A stretch of 62,494 nucleotides of DNA, the filler included, from Pirum gemmata (lineage: Eukaryota): assembly GCA_002812295.1 (NCBI GenBank). It is 12 parts of 12 records of this genome, joined end to end, with 100 filler letters (N's around TTAATTAATTAA, not from the genome) between each part and the next. Parts side by side here need not be neighbours in the genome. Positions count along the whole stretch, not along the records: positions 47,028 to 51,955 come from PDIN01000806.1; positions 52,056 to 56,980 come from PDIN01000807.1; positions 57,081 to 62,494 come from PDIN01000808.1; 9 more parts are not named here. One strand, given 5' to 3'. This document shows positions 47,989-62,461 of the stretch, piece after piece. How positions within the stretch are numbered: position 1 is the stretch's first letter; each line of letters opens with the position of its first letter. A program made the translations under genes and the position numbers. The notes under the pieces were generated by a model that worked only from the letters and a program-made list of their open reading frames with translations, was not told the DNA's origin and did not search any database.

Positions 47989-49460
47989 CTGCTTTTCATT
48001 TAATTTGTCACTTTGGATTATGTATTTGCTACTTTCAAACTTATAAAAGTGGTTATTTTAAATTAAAAAATTTTAATAATAAAACATAAAAGATCAATTA
48101 AAATGTATCATATGGATTCAATATAGTATTAATTTGGTACTTAATGTTTTTGTATATTTTTTCATGGACAAAATAGCTGAAAAACACTATAATCCAAAAT
48201 GGAAATTATTTCTCAATATAATTTATTTAATTTGATATTTTTTGCCATTTACTACATTAATTTGTCACTTTGATTATGTAATTGGTATGATACTTTCAAA
48301 CTTATAAAGGTGGTTATTTTAAATTAAAAAATAAATAAAGCATACAAGATTGATTAAAATGTATCAAATTGATTCAATATAATATTAATTTGGGACTTAT
48401 TATTGTATGCATTTTTCAAAATAACTGAATACAATTTATTCAAATTGACATTTTTTGCTATTTACTATAAAATAATTTAAAGAACCCTAAAGTGACATAA
48501 ATCTCTGGAAACTAGGATATATTTATCCACAAGAAAAACTATGTATATGCAACTTTTTAAACTTATAAAAGTTGTTATTTTCAATTTAAAAATTAAATAA
48601 TAAAACATACAAGATTGATTAAAACATATCAAATAGATTCAATATAGTATTAATTTGGTACTTATTATTGTATATTTTTTCTTGACAAAACAACTGAAAA
48701 ACATGACAATCCCATGGAAATTATAAAATTTACTTAATTTGACATTTTTTGCTATATATTAATTTGTCACTTTGATTATATATTTAGTACTTTCAAACTT
48801 ACAAAAGTGGTTATTTTAAATTAAATAATAAATAATAAAACATACATTATTGATTAAAATATATCAAATAGATTCAATATAGTATTAATTTGGTACTTAT
48901 TATTGTACATTTTTTCGTAGACAAAAAAAAATTGTTTCTCAATACAATTTAAATTGACATTTTTTGCTATTTACTATAAAATAGTTTAAAGAACCCTCGA
49001 TTAACGAATAAACAACTCGAGAGAGTGATTATATATATATAGCATTAAAATACTTGGTATGATGAAAAGTATTAAAAGGAAAGACAATATTGAAATGTAC
49101 ATCAACCAGGACAAACCAATGGGTTGGAAAATACGAATAAAACCTGAAGAACACAATCGTTTTTGTACGTCTACTATAATAATATAAATATAGAATTATG
49201 TATTTGCTACTTTCAAACTGATAAAAGTGGTTATTTCAAATTAAAAAATAAATAATAAAACATACAAGATTGATTAAAATGTATCAAATAGATTCAATAT
49301 AGTACTAATTTGGTACTTATTATATTTTTTCAAAGACAAAATAACTGAAAAACACCTAAGGAAAACACGATAATCCAAAATGGAAATTATTTCTCAATAC
49401 AATTTATTGAAATTGACATTTTTTGCTATTTATTATAAAACAATTTAAAGAACCCCCAAT
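47989..49460. repeat. Tandem array of about 5 diverged MITE-A-related units
   Basis: CTTTCAAACTTATAAAAGTGGTTATTTTAAATT..GATTCAATATAGTATTAATTTGGTACTT recurs near 48030, 48290, 48550, 48790 and 49210. Confidence 0.85.
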
Positions 49461-49551
49461 TAAACGAAAAAACAACTTGAGAGAGAGAGAGAGAGTGTGT
49501 GTGTGTGTGTATGTGTGTGTGACAAAAATCCCCAGAAAACCAGGATACATT

Positions 49552-51715
49552 TTATCCACGAGAAAAAGAAGGAACAGCAGAATTCATTTTAGCGTAATAA
49601 TAAGTTGTGTAAGACCTAAATCCTATAGCAAAAATAATAGAAACAATAATACAAATGAAAGTAATTAAAATAACTTGTACAGTGTGACCTTTACCATCCG
49701 CGCAAAGAGTGTCCGAAATGGTGCTACAATCTTTATAAGTATGTTTACAAGATTTACAAGCCGAGCATTGATTACCGTTAGCCCAAGTTTTGCCCAACTC
49801 ACAAGTCAAGCACTGAGCATCGTGAGTTTTATCACAAGCTACCGTAGTGGCTTGGCCAGTTCCACAAACTTTACAATTCTGACATTGGTCAACCAAAGAT
49901 GTAGTGGTGCTGAACATATGGTCAGTACACACCGTACATTGTGTATCCGCATTTCTTGAACAAGCCTTAGTAGCGCCTTTACCTGGTGCGCATTCTGAAC
50001 ATTTTTCGCAATTGTTTTGTTTATTAGCATTAATAAATTCACCGCTGGGGCAAGCTTCGGTTGTACATACGGTATCTACTTCTAATCCACATGCTGATTT
50101 CACACGTTGCCCATTGGGACATACTGTGCATGGGATACACCGATTATCTTTAGGTTTGTGCCAAGTTCCACGTTTGCATATTCCACATACAGTATCTGTC
50201 GCAGTAGTGCAAATGTCATGAACGACTAATTCATCCGAACAATGTTTACAAAGTTTACAACTATCTTTAGTATTTGTAATGTTATTAAAAGTTTTACCTG
50301 GCGTACAATCAACACAATTTGTATCTTTTTCACGGGTGCATTCACTTTGGAAACCCTTCCCTATCGCACAACCTGGAGAACAAGGTAAACATTTTATACC
50401 GTCCTCAGAATAAGTTTTTTCTTGGCATTTTTCGCAAAGAGTATCGGATGTAGTATTACAAGTAGTTGGTGCCTGTATTGCTGACCCCGCAGTACAATTA
50501 GTTCTACATGTCAGACATTTCTCCATATCATCATGATTTGCAAAAGTTTTACCTTTAGTGCACGGAGAGCACTTTTCACCGTCGCCAGAAAATCCTTTTT
50601 GACACGCAGAACATTTAATAGTAAGAGGTATTGGCCCACCCTCACAACCACATGTAGTAACAGCGTCTCCGCGATCATCACACTTACATTTCTTTTCGTC
50701 CAAAATATTATGAACATGCATACCAAACATATCCTCCTTCGAATCACAAGGTTGTTCTTCTGTGGCGTAGGCTTTGCCAGCGCAAGGGTACCATTGGTCA
50801 CCATCCTTAACACAGTCTCTCATCATAAGCAGTAAGGTATTTTCTTTCCCATCATCAACCCACATCCGGAAATCAGCAGATGGTGTGGGAGGTGGTACTC
50901 GAAGTTTTAAATTATTTCCATCATTAATTAAATTAATCCCGATGGCAACTTTCTTGTCTTTTTGTTCAGGGTCGTAAACCTGACCAAGAGTAAATTGTTG
51001 AGATTTCTTAGATATGGTAAAATTAAATTTCTCATCCCCAGGTATCATAGCTTTTATATGCGTTCCCATATAGCTTTGGGGTTTTCCTGAATCCGAATAA
51101 CATTCTTTAACAGTGAAAAAATCATCGACATACCTTACATATTTTTCATCGTAAGGAACAGTCAAGCATGGCTTTTTTTCATCAGTTACATTGCTATATA
51201 TAAATATATCATATATGGGGGGGGGGGGTTGAAATTATAAAAATCAAAAACACTTTCCAAAACGACTATAATCCAAACAACAATAGAAAAAATAACCATA
51301 ACAACAAAAAATATATCTGGAAAGTGGGTGTGGGTGTGGGTGCGGGTGTGAATTATAAAAAAAAAATTGAAAACACTTTCCACAGCGACTTCAATCCAAA
51401 CAACAACAGAAAAAAATATATCAAAAAAAATATTTGGAAATAATCAAAAATCAAAAAAAAATCCAAAAAAAACGAGAAGATACAATATTCCCTTAAAAAG
51501 TAACAAAACGACAGAGTTTTACGAGTAAAAACTTAAAAAATCAAATTGACAACAAACGTAACAATAATAATGATGATAACAGAACAACAATCATCTTAGA
51601 ATATTTTTTTATTTTAAACTTACAGCTTCATTTCTCGGGTTTGGGTATCATATATCCACACATAGCTCTGAAGATTCTTGTTGCCAACTGACGAAAAACT
51701 GCCTTTGGAATCATC
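49552..51715 (-). CDS. Type I membrane protein with TNFR-like Cys-rich repeats, 5'-partial (exons 51715-51624 and 51193-49552)
   Basis: Repeated CxxxxD(T/A)xC units (CNTTSDTLC, CTREKDTNC, CTTATDTVC, CSRNADTQC, CSTISDTLC); TM VILITFICIIVSIIFAIGF. GTAAGT..TAG intron 51623-51194 joins in phase (..REMKL/NVTDEKKPCLT..). Confidence 0.88.
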
Positions 51716-53134
51716 CTACAATTTAATTTATATAAGCACACACAAGGAAAAAGAGAGAGAGAAAGAGATATTTTAATAAATACGAATGATATTTTAAAAC
51801 CTTCACTTAGGGTTAAGAAGCATAGATGATTTAGTTTTTTTTTTGTATTAAACACAATAACATATAAGCATATTGATAATAAAGAAACTTTCCTACTTAC
51901 TGATGTGGCTATAACTACCGTAATACTAAATATTAAATAATAATAATAATAATAANNNNNNNNNNNNNNNNNNNNNNNNNNNNNNNNNNNNNNNNNNNNT
52001 TAATTAATTAANNNNNNNNNNNNNNNNNNNNNNNNNNNNNNNNNNNNNNNNNNNNGTAATAATAATAAACAACAATAAAAAGTTTTGTGTTTAATAATAT
52101 TAATTTCGTTAATGATGGTAACATACGCTTTCTAGAATGTTTACCTTTGGATAGTGTGGGTATTGAGAGAGAAAGACCAATATAGAGGTTTCCTTTTAGG
52201 CGATAATGATGCAGACGATTATGAAGATGTTCTTTTTTTCTTCAGGAGAAAGCATAAAAATAATCTGTGTGCGAAGAAGTCTAAATCACGTCGTGAATAT
52301 AATTAATTATTAGCTGAGTCTTGGATTAAATGTGCACGTTTAGCTTTTACCTTGCATTGTATATCGTGTTTCTGTGAGCGCTGTTTCTCTATATCTAAAG
52401 CATACGAAACTGACAAACAATCAAACAAGCGTCACTACTTAATAGCTTGCTCAGGTAAATTCTCGTAAACCTTTTTATTCCAAAGACCGTAACACAGAAC
52501 AAGAAGTATTTAGACTGGGATTTGTTTGTTAGCTTGCTCCCCAGGAACTTAGCCGTAAACAACTCTGCTTTTAATACTTTTTAATACTGTTTATATAATA
52601 TTATATAATAATAATATAATATTGTAAAAGCTCCAACATTATTCATAATAAACATTACATTATTGAACTTTTCGAACCTATGTATTTATTAATTAACTCG
52701 AAAAAAATCAATTTCGAAAATATAAGCTCGAACTTTTCGAGTCTATGTATTTATTAATAAACTCGAAAAAATCAATTTCGAACAGACCAAACAGACCAGA
52801 AATTCTGCTCGGCAGAAATCGAGCTTTTCGGGGCAGAAGGCAGAGGCAGAAAGTCGAGTTTTAGGGGCAGAATTCGGAGAAGTCTCCTTTAGGAGTCATA
52901 GTCTACCAACAATAGCTACTAGCTAGCTAGCTAGTTATGATAGCTAGCTAGCTAGTTATGATAGCTAGCTACGAGGTAGCTACTGCTACCTCACCGGGTC
53001 ACCCTAACCCTAACCCTAACCCCTAACCCTAACCCTAACCCCTTTTTTTTTTGAAGTCCTTGCCCTAACCCTAACCCTGCTGCTATTCGTACTAGCTAGC
53101 TAGCTAGCTAGCCAGAGTACTAAGGACCGTACAC

Positions 53135-53995
53135 TGGCTCGGTTTGGATCGAGTAAAAAAATCATTATCGAATATATCTGTGTAGACTACTGGTCGAAAA
53201 AAAAAAAACTTTTGTGATTGATTGATATTTTTTTTAAAAGAAATGTTTTATTAGTCATTTTTTTTTGCATAAAAAGTGAATATAGTACTTCATTGGTAAA
53301 TAGTGTATTATAAAAATATATAAAATAAGTACCGGAAACGATTTGTTAGGACATTTCCAGTAAGTTTTTTCTTTTTAATTTTTGAATTTGGACAAGTCTT
53401 TGTTTAGATAATATTATATAAAACTTAGTCTAAAACAAAAGTAAAAAAAAAAACACATAATAAATTTTTGCAAAATTGTGGTAGCCTGTCCTCTCTGTCC
53501 TCTGGCACCATTCTAGGCCAGACTATCAGATATTATTAGGGTTAGGGTTAGGGTTAGGGTTAGGGTTATGAACTTATGATAATAATTATGATAGCTAGCT
53601 AGCTAGCTAGAGTAGGGCCGTATAAGTTCGGTATAACTGACCGTATACATTCGACAACTGTATAGTTTCGACATTTTTTTTCGATTTTTTGGCTCGGTTT
53701 GGATATAGTAAAAAATCATTATCAAACATATCTGTGTAACTACTATGTGTGTGCATAGTCGAAAAAAAAAAAAAACATTTGTGATTGATTGGTATTTTTT
53801 TTAAAAAAGAAATGTTTTATTAGTCAATTTTTTTGCATAAAAATGAATAAAGTACTTCATTGGTAAACAGTGTATTATAAATATATATAAAATAAGTGCC
53901 GGAAACGATTTGTTAGGAAATTTCCCTAACCCTAACCCTTTCCAGTAAGTTTTATCTTTTGAATTTTTGAATTTGGACAAGTCTTTGTTTAGATA
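53135..53995. repeat. ~290-bp direct repeat pair (53135-53411 and 53690-53995) with nearby telomeric tracts
   Basis: GGCTCGGTTTGGAT...GGACAAGTCTTTGTTTAGATAA occurs twice; CCCTAA/TTAGGG tracts at 53001-53077 and 53536-53567. Confidence 0.9.
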
Positions 53996-54061
53996 ATAAA
54001 ATAATTTTTTAAAAAAATATAAAACTTATAATTTAATCTATTTATTTTTTTTATTTTTTTT

Positions 54062-54114
<53 letters not shown>

Positions 54115-57100
54115 TGTTGTTGTTGCTGTACGTCACCTTGTATTAATTATAATCCCCCTTCCAATGCACATCAATTTCGATATTTAATTTATTCACCCTT
54201 TCTACATCAATAATGTACTCTATGAGAACATAAACATTAGCAAAGCCTTTCCTATATGAGCGTGGAATCCATGAATAAAATTTCAAGGTATATTTTTCTC
54301 TTCTATGATCTCTTTCACTTTGTAATATTGTTATTAATATGCTTTTTTGTGAGAATTGTTTTTATGCCTTTCTTAGTCAAAGGCACATGGGGTAATCAAC
54401 TTTCCAGACACAACGTTAACAGTTTAAAACTCACATTAGTGAAGTATGAAGGTACTTCTCTTCTCTTAAAACATTTACCGCCTTAAGGAAAGCTTCAGTA
54501 ATAATCGGAGAGTAGGATTCCATAGTTTTGGGGTTTATTTGTCCCTTCAAGAATGCAACCAGTTTATTCTTTGGTATTAAAGAGCCTACAGACTTTGCAT
54601 GCATGAACTTAACATTAGTCTCAGAAAGGGTAATATTATCATAATATGAATATGATAGAGAAAAGAGGTTTTTTTTTAAAAAATAGAGAAAAGACAAAGA
54701 CCCCAAGAAAAAGAAATATGGAGTCTTTGGAAAAGAGGAAGATGTGGATGGTGGATCTCAATTGATAATAATAATTAAAATATTGCCAAAAATAGTAATA
54801 GATTTTTTTTTACCTGTATAAGGCTATAACGGCATCAAGACAATGATAATCTGAGCATCAAGATTCAAGACTGCATCAAGTGCATGACTGTGCATCAAGA
54901 CAGTTCTGGTTGATTCGTTAGTCTAGTAGCTAGTAGTAGCTAGTAGCTAGAGTCTAGAGACTAGCTATCATAGTAGAGTAGGCTAAGTTTGATCTGTAGC
55001 AGAGTCTACCTACTACTAGCTAGCTAGCTAGCTACTAGCTAGCTAGTAGCTAGACTCACTGTAGTGTAGACTAGGCTTCTCCCAATTCTGCTCTTTTTTA
55101 AAAATCGAGTTTTCCAGCCTATTTATTAATTAAATAAGTTCGAAATTTTGAGCTTAAAATTAAGTATTCAAAGACTCCATATTTCTTTTTCTTGGGGTCT
55201 ATTTATTAATTAAATAAGTTCGAAATTTTGAGCTTAAAATTAAGTATTCAAATATATTTATTTATTTATAAAACTGAAAAAAATGGAAAAAATAATTTTC
55301 GAACGGGGCTGAATTTCAGCTTTTTTTTCGACGGCAGAAATTTGAGTTTTCGGGCTCGAGCAGAATATGATATCATATACTGATATGGTTTCTGTTGTCT
55401 AGCTATATATTATGATATAGCTCTAAGCTAGACTCTAGCTAGTAGTAGCTTTTTGCAAAAAAAAGTCTGCTTTTCACAATAATTATGATAGTGGAATAAT
55501 AACTATTTTACTTGAAACTTTTGTTTTGTTGAGTAAATTTTGAGTTAGTTTACTTTTAAAAATATATTATATAAGACTCTAACTAATAGTAAAAGTAACA
55601 AAATCCCAATTCTAGCTAGAGCATAGCTAAACTCATATATGATAGACTAGCTAGCTAGACTATCATAGTAGCTAGACCCGATAGAGTCCATACACTTCTA
55701 TACCCACATTAACCCTAACCCTACCCACCAGCTGCTACCCACAGTGTGCCCAGTGTGCCTACCTAGTAGTACTACTAAGCAGTATCATACTATGATATCA
55801 ATAGTTAGTAGCTATTGATAATAGCCCATTATAGTTCAGTATACTCCAATATGCATAGCTTTAATACTCCTAGTCCTAGCTAGACATGGATTAATTAGGA
55901 TTTAGATAGGCTAGTCGATATAATATATTATATCTATAGATAATAGATAATAATATAGTATCATATTATAATAATGATAGTAGGCTGCCTGTGATTATTT
56001 TTTGTAATAATTCTTTATTTATAAATAAGGAAAAAAAGTGGGCGAGGCGACGTATAGACCGGGCTAGCTAGATAGGCTAGATAGACCAGGGTATACTGTC
56101 ATGATACAGATCATACAGTTACTACTAGCTAGGCGGGGTAAGTCGGGGTATGATATATACTATATAGTTATATTACCTGTATTATTATAATATATTATAT
56201 ATAGGTATATATGATATGATATATATAGATATTATCTAGTAGATGTTATAATTGTGATATTAAATATGATACTCTATGAAGTCTCTATGATGACACTTAT
56301 GATAATATTATTATAATCCAACACAGGCTAAGCAAGTTTTTAAAGCAACCCAATTACATTGCAAGTAGACTATGATCAATATTATCATAGACTGGGGGGG
56401 TTAGTTCTAACTTTAGTTAATATAAAGATTTCATCAGTTATTTTATTTATTTTATTTTATTTTTTGTTTTGTTTTTTTATAAAATTTAATGATATCTATA
56501 GACTATAATATAAAAAGGAGGAGCAGTAGATAACAGTTATTATATAATAATTATAGGTGTAATTTGTTATAATAATTTGTTTCATAATACTATGGTATAA
56601 GTTAATAAATTATACTTTTCATAACAATACCATAATATATAGTCTATGATCAGCAATTTTATTGTTCTTATGTTGTAGAAATATTGGTTTTTAACTTTTG
56701 TTCCTAATATTATAGTTATAGTCATTGTTATGGATGTTGTTGGAGTTGTCGTCAATATTGGGATTTATACTTTTTTTTTGATATAGGATAGCCATTCTAC
56801 TTTTTAAAAAAAATTATTAAAAAAACTAATAATAGTTACAGCTAACTAGGCTGATGTTAGTGTCGATCTAGTTAGTATCTATCAATAGTAAAGTAAATCA
56901 CCTCTACTAGGGGAGCGTTCAAATACTACGTAACGCTAATTTCCGGCAAAAACCTACCCACCTACTCAAAAGGGTTAGTANNNNNNNNNNNNNNNNNNNN
57001 NNNNNNNNNNNNNNNNNNNNNNNNTTAATTAATTAANNNNNNNNNNNNNNNNNNNNNNNNNNNNNNNNNNNNNNNNNNNNAATAACAATAACAATAACAA

Positions 57101-57446
57101 TAACAATGGTAATAACAATAACAGTATTAATAGCAATAAACAATAACAATAACGTTATACTAACGTTATAGTACTGTTATAGTAATAACAAAAAATACCT
57201 CTCTCTTATTTCCCCCACAGGCGCCCACACTGCCCCGCACGACAAAAAAAAACACCTTTTAACCAATCCAAAGCTACAGTCATAAATTTTTTTTGTGACC
57301 CGGTTGAGAAAAGCTCAGGGATGTTTTTGGAAAGAGTCCCGGTACAAAGTACAAAAACTAGTAATAAATAATATGAGAATATTATATCGGGATTAGCACC
57401 GGGATTAGCACCGGAATATTATAGGGATATTTGCTCAGGGATATTT

Positions 57447-57535
<89 letters not shown>

Positions 57536-57556
57536 NNNNNNNNNNNNNNNNNNNNN

Positions 57557-57740
57557 CCCTAACCCCTACTCTGACCCTTACCCTAACCCTAACCCTGACC
57601 TTGACCCTAACCCCTACTCTAACTCTAACCCTAACCCTAACCCCTACTAACCCTAACCCTAACCCTAACCCTAACCCTAACCCTAAACCTAATTAACCCT
57701 AACCCTGACTGTAATAACCCTAACCTAGAACCCTAACCCT
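57557..57740 (-). repeat. Degenerate (CCCTAA)n tract; further tracts at about 58285-58487 and, inverted, 59260-59460
   Basis: Perfect and variant telomeric hexamers. Confidence 0.9.
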
Positions 57741-59034
57741 ACTAGCTAGCATCTATTACTAGCTGTATCGATCGTGAGCTGATAAATCCTTAAACTTTAG
57801 TCATAACTTTAATCACATACTTAACCCTAACCCTAATTTACAACCTTAACCTTAATTAACCTCCTGCCCTAACATAATATATATTAGTATACAATAATAA
57901 TGATAATAATCAATAAAATAAATAATCTGATACTATAGCTAGTTACGATATTTAATATGTTTGATAATTGTTTCTATTATTATAGTTATGAGGGGGGTGG
58001 GATTGATGGTGGAGATAGTTTGTTTGTTATAATTTTGAATGTTTTTATTTTATATTATATTGCTTATCGAGTAAAATTACTCAACGATGTAATTATAATG
58101 ATTATAGATGCCATTATGATGATTATAGAAGTTGTTTTTAAAACTAATTCTTCGAATACTAAACTAGTATAACTTACAAGCATATATACATTAAACATAC
58201 ACGATATTATCATAAACATTTTACATTTTTGAATAAAAAATAAATTGAAGTGTATTTGAGAGTTGGGCTAGTTAATCTAATCCCAATCCTAACCCTAACC
58301 CTAACTCTAACCCTAACCCTAACCCTAACCCCTAAGGGCCCTAACCCCTAACCCTATAGCCAACCCTAACCCTATAGCCAAACCTAACCCTAACCCTATA
58401 ATATAGTTAGCCTAACTCAGACTCTAACTCTAACCCTGATCTTGACCATGACCTTAGCTTTAAAACTCTAGCCCTAGCCCTAACCCTTGGGGAAAATCAA
58501 CAAAATTAACATCATTTTAAACAAATATTGCAAAGAGTTGTAAGTTAGTGTTCGCGTCCTGGTTCGCGTCAGCATCGAAATTGAGGTTCGCGATAGCGCT
58601 AGGATTTTGATTTTTTTTTTCCAGAGTATTTTTATTACTTGAAAGCACCAGTTGAAAGTAACTTCAGGCATATGCTATCGTGGTACAAGTAATTAAAAAA
58701 CTTAGTATGCATAAAGCAAATTTTTTTTAAAATGTATTCCTTGCAACTGGGATTTTATTCTCATAGTTTTTCATCGTACTTTTCTTATTAAAACCCTGAC
58801 ATTGGGCACATTATATGATTCATCATCGATATCATATCCTTCAATTTATGATATTTCAAGGAAATGAAAAGAGTCTCTACTGAACAATGATATCCTACTA
58901 GCTAGATATAATAAGACAAAGATTTGTTGTAGACTTTTCAAGCTCGATAAAAGATGCTATGAAATCTATAGCTAATCCTGATCTTGCCCAAGAAGTAATG
59001 AGTGAGATTGTATCTTTAGTAAAGTATATCATAA

Positions 59035-59170
59035 GGGAGCGTAACGCCAACTTCCGGTCAACTACAGCTTCAAATACCCCTACCTACCTACCTACCCCTC
59101 GACGTTAATTTCTGGTCAAATACTACCTACCTACCTACCCCTTGACGCGACGTATTATTTGAACTCTCCC
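59035..59170. mobile_element. MITE family B copy with TAA TSD
   Basis: TAA|GGGAG...CTCCC|TAA. Confidence 0.8.
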
Positions 59171-60510
59171 TAACTGATCAAAATAATTTTTTTATTAATT
59201 TTAAATTAAAATCAAAGTATATTTATTTAGTTTTAAAGTACTTAATTTTCAAGGGATTGGTTAAGGTTAGGGTTAAGGCTAATTGAGGTTAGGGTTAGGG
59301 CTAATTAAGGCTAGGGTTAGGGCTAATTTTTTAAAAGGGCTTTTTATTAAGCTTTTAATTAAGGTTAGGGTTATTATTAAAGCTAATTTTAAGGTTAGGG
59401 TTAGAGGCTTAGGGTTAATTAAGGTTAGGGTTACTAATTATTAAGGTTAGGTTAGGGTAACGTTATGATTAATACCTGACCCTAACTCTTAACTCTTTCA
59501 TCGATATTTACGATATAATATAAAAGGTTGGTATGACGTATCGAGTCGTATCGTAGCATATCGTAGCTCATGTATCCTGCTTTTCATTTATTTTGTCACT
59601 TAGATTATTTATTTGGTACTTTCAAATTTATAACCGTGGTTATTTTAAATTGAAATGTAAATTATTAAACACGCCAAGTTAATTAAATTGTATCAAATAA
59701 ATTTGACATAGTATTTTAACTTGGTATTTATTACTGTGTATTCTATTATGACAAAATAACTGAAAAGCACGATAATCACAGTATAATCACTGCAACCACT
59801 GTCAGGCACAATGACGTCATCACACTTGGTTATATAATAAATAATTATATTACATCATAGATATTTTTCTAGCCTATCATAGTATTTACTATAGCTATTA
59901 GGATTCATAGATATTAAAAAATTAAAAAGGGATTCATAGAGTATTCATAGCCAGACTATTTTATTTTTTTTTATCCAGTTTTTTTATCCCACCACGATAT
60001 GAGAGATATCAGCTCAAAATCAGGCGAAATCTTAAAACACACCAATAATAATAAAAGTACTACCAAATTTTTAGAAATCGTCAAACTAAGAAAACTCTAT
60101 TATGAACCAATGGCTAGTTTTTAAACATAATTTGGCTAGTTAAAATTAAAGGTATTAGAAAAGAAGTCTAAAAAAAAAATGATTTCTGGGCTGGAAATTC
60201 TACTAGCTAGCTAGCTAGACTACTACTACTAGTAGCTACTTACCTGCCTTAGTACTATGATATATGATATAGCTATCGATGAGCTATCGATAGTCTCTAG
60301 CTAGGCTAGCTAGTACTAACTAGAGAGAGGGTTTTCGCTATGATATGATAGCTGACACCTATTTCATTCGGGTTGTCTATCCGACCAATAATACGAGCGT
60401 GTTGAGTTGAAATAGTGTTTACAAATATAGAAATATGGGATTTGCGTACTAAATTTAGGCCAAAAGCTACTTAATATAGGTACCCTTGTATTAAACCTGT
60501 AAATTTTGAA

Positions 60511-60544
<34 letters not shown>

Positions 60545-60566
60545 TAAGGGTTTTTTTTTTTTTTTN

Positions 60567-60612
<46 letters not shown>

Positions 60613-61980
60613 TAATTTTTTATAAAACTACCGTATAGGACTCGTATAGGCCGTATAGTCTAAATATAGGTACCCTTGTAGCCTGTAAATTTTGAATTTT
60701 AAAAAAATAATTTTGTAAAACTGTATATACCAATAGTGCCGACACTTTATATACATCTCTTAAAATTTCTTTATTAGTAAACCCTTTTAACCTATCAGAT
60801 TAATTTTAAAAAAGTTTGGCGAAGAGTGAATTCTTTTTTTTTAAAAAATCCATATGAAAATTCCAGAAATCAAACAAAAGCTTCCATAAATCAAACAACT
60901 GCCTACAGATATTAATTTGAAGACTTAAAAAGCCTATCTGAAAAACTATAGATCAGCCACAATTGCACAAAAGGATGTTTATTCTCAATCTGGAATGGTT
61001 AAAAGGGAATCTATAGGCTTTAACCTAACAACTACATAAACTACTCCCACACAAACTATTACATGTGTGTATATATAGGGTATATATTATGATAGTACCC
61101 AGCATAATACAGAAACTCAATATTGCGGGTTTTGGGTTTGTGGTTTGCGGTTTCGGTTTTGCGGTTACGATTTTGCGGGTACTATTTTGCGGTTACGAGT
61201 TTGCATATCTGCAGAGTCGGTGCAGTGTCAGTGCAGACACGAGTGAGACACTGTGCAGACTTGCGGTTGCAGACTTGGGGCTGTGGTTGGCAACTTGGCA
61301 CAACTAGTATGACATATAATATAATACTACATTACTTATTAATTTATTTGTTATAAATATAAAATATGTACACATCCATATATACCGGTGGTTAGACAAT
61401 CAACAATAAAACAATCAAATCTGTTCTTCAGTTTTATATTCTATCATCTAAAACATTAATCGTTTATTCCATTTCAGTTGTCTTCTCGAATCTCGATCTT
61501 TTAAAACTAAAGTGTATTATGTATAATTGAACATGTTTATGAAATACAACATTTAATAGGTATAAAATACCAAAACATGTCTGAACCATATTGGGCAACA
61601 CTGTTGAAAACACGATAGTCTAGTCTAGTCTATAGATATATCACTTACTTATTTTCATCTTGTTTATTTAATTATCATAAATCAATATATGATATAATGA
61701 AAACGAATAAAAAACAAACTACAACAACAACAGCAACAGTGAAAACAATTGATAAAAACATAAAGCGCCAACGTCATATTACAACACATAAGATATCATT
61801 TTAGTCATCAGATTCTGACAATGAGATTGACAAGTGAAATAGTCTTATTTTAATTAATTAATTAAATAGCTGTCTATATTATATTTTGAAACTACCAGGC
61901 ATGTTTTAATTAATTAATTCTATATTTAATTAATGTTGTATTTTATAAACAAGCTCAATTACACATTTAATTAAACAGTA

Positions 61981-62140
61981 TAGTGCTTTTCAGTTGTTTT
62001 GTACCAAATAAATACAATATAAATCCATTTGATATGTTTTGGTATATTGTACTATCTATTTTTTGATTTAAAAATGTCAATATAAAAATTATAACCCTCC
62101 AAATAAATATTTAGAGTGACAAAATAAATGAAAAGCACGA
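61981..62140 (+). mobile_element. MITE family A copy inserted into another dispersed repeat
   Basis: TA|TAGTGCTTTTCA...TGAAAAGCACGA|TA; both flanks match the uninterrupted repeat at about 38770-38895. Confidence 0.88.
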
Positions 62141-62461
62141 TATCAAATTAAAGATTGAGAAGACAACTGTAATAAAATAAACGATAATTACTATTACTAT
62201 TAATTACTAGTACTAGTACTATTAATATATTAATATTACTATTACTATTAATTACTATAATGATATTATGTGCTTTATAGAAATTATACTATACTGTAGT
62301 TTACTTACTATTAAAAGGATAAAAGCATGAAACCTACCCCATTCTCATGATAAAAGCAATAGACTAACTTTAATCCTTTGAAATTCTTAAATTACATGAT
62401 CAAATTTAATCGCGTTGTTTATTGTAATTAATTAAATTTAAACTTATTATTGATAATCAAC

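Noticed and set aside
57448..57740. Telomere-targeting non-LTR retrotransposon junction (poly-T next to CCCTAA)
   Set aside because: An N gap separates them, the orientation does not fit a 3' poly(A) tail, and no RT is nearby.
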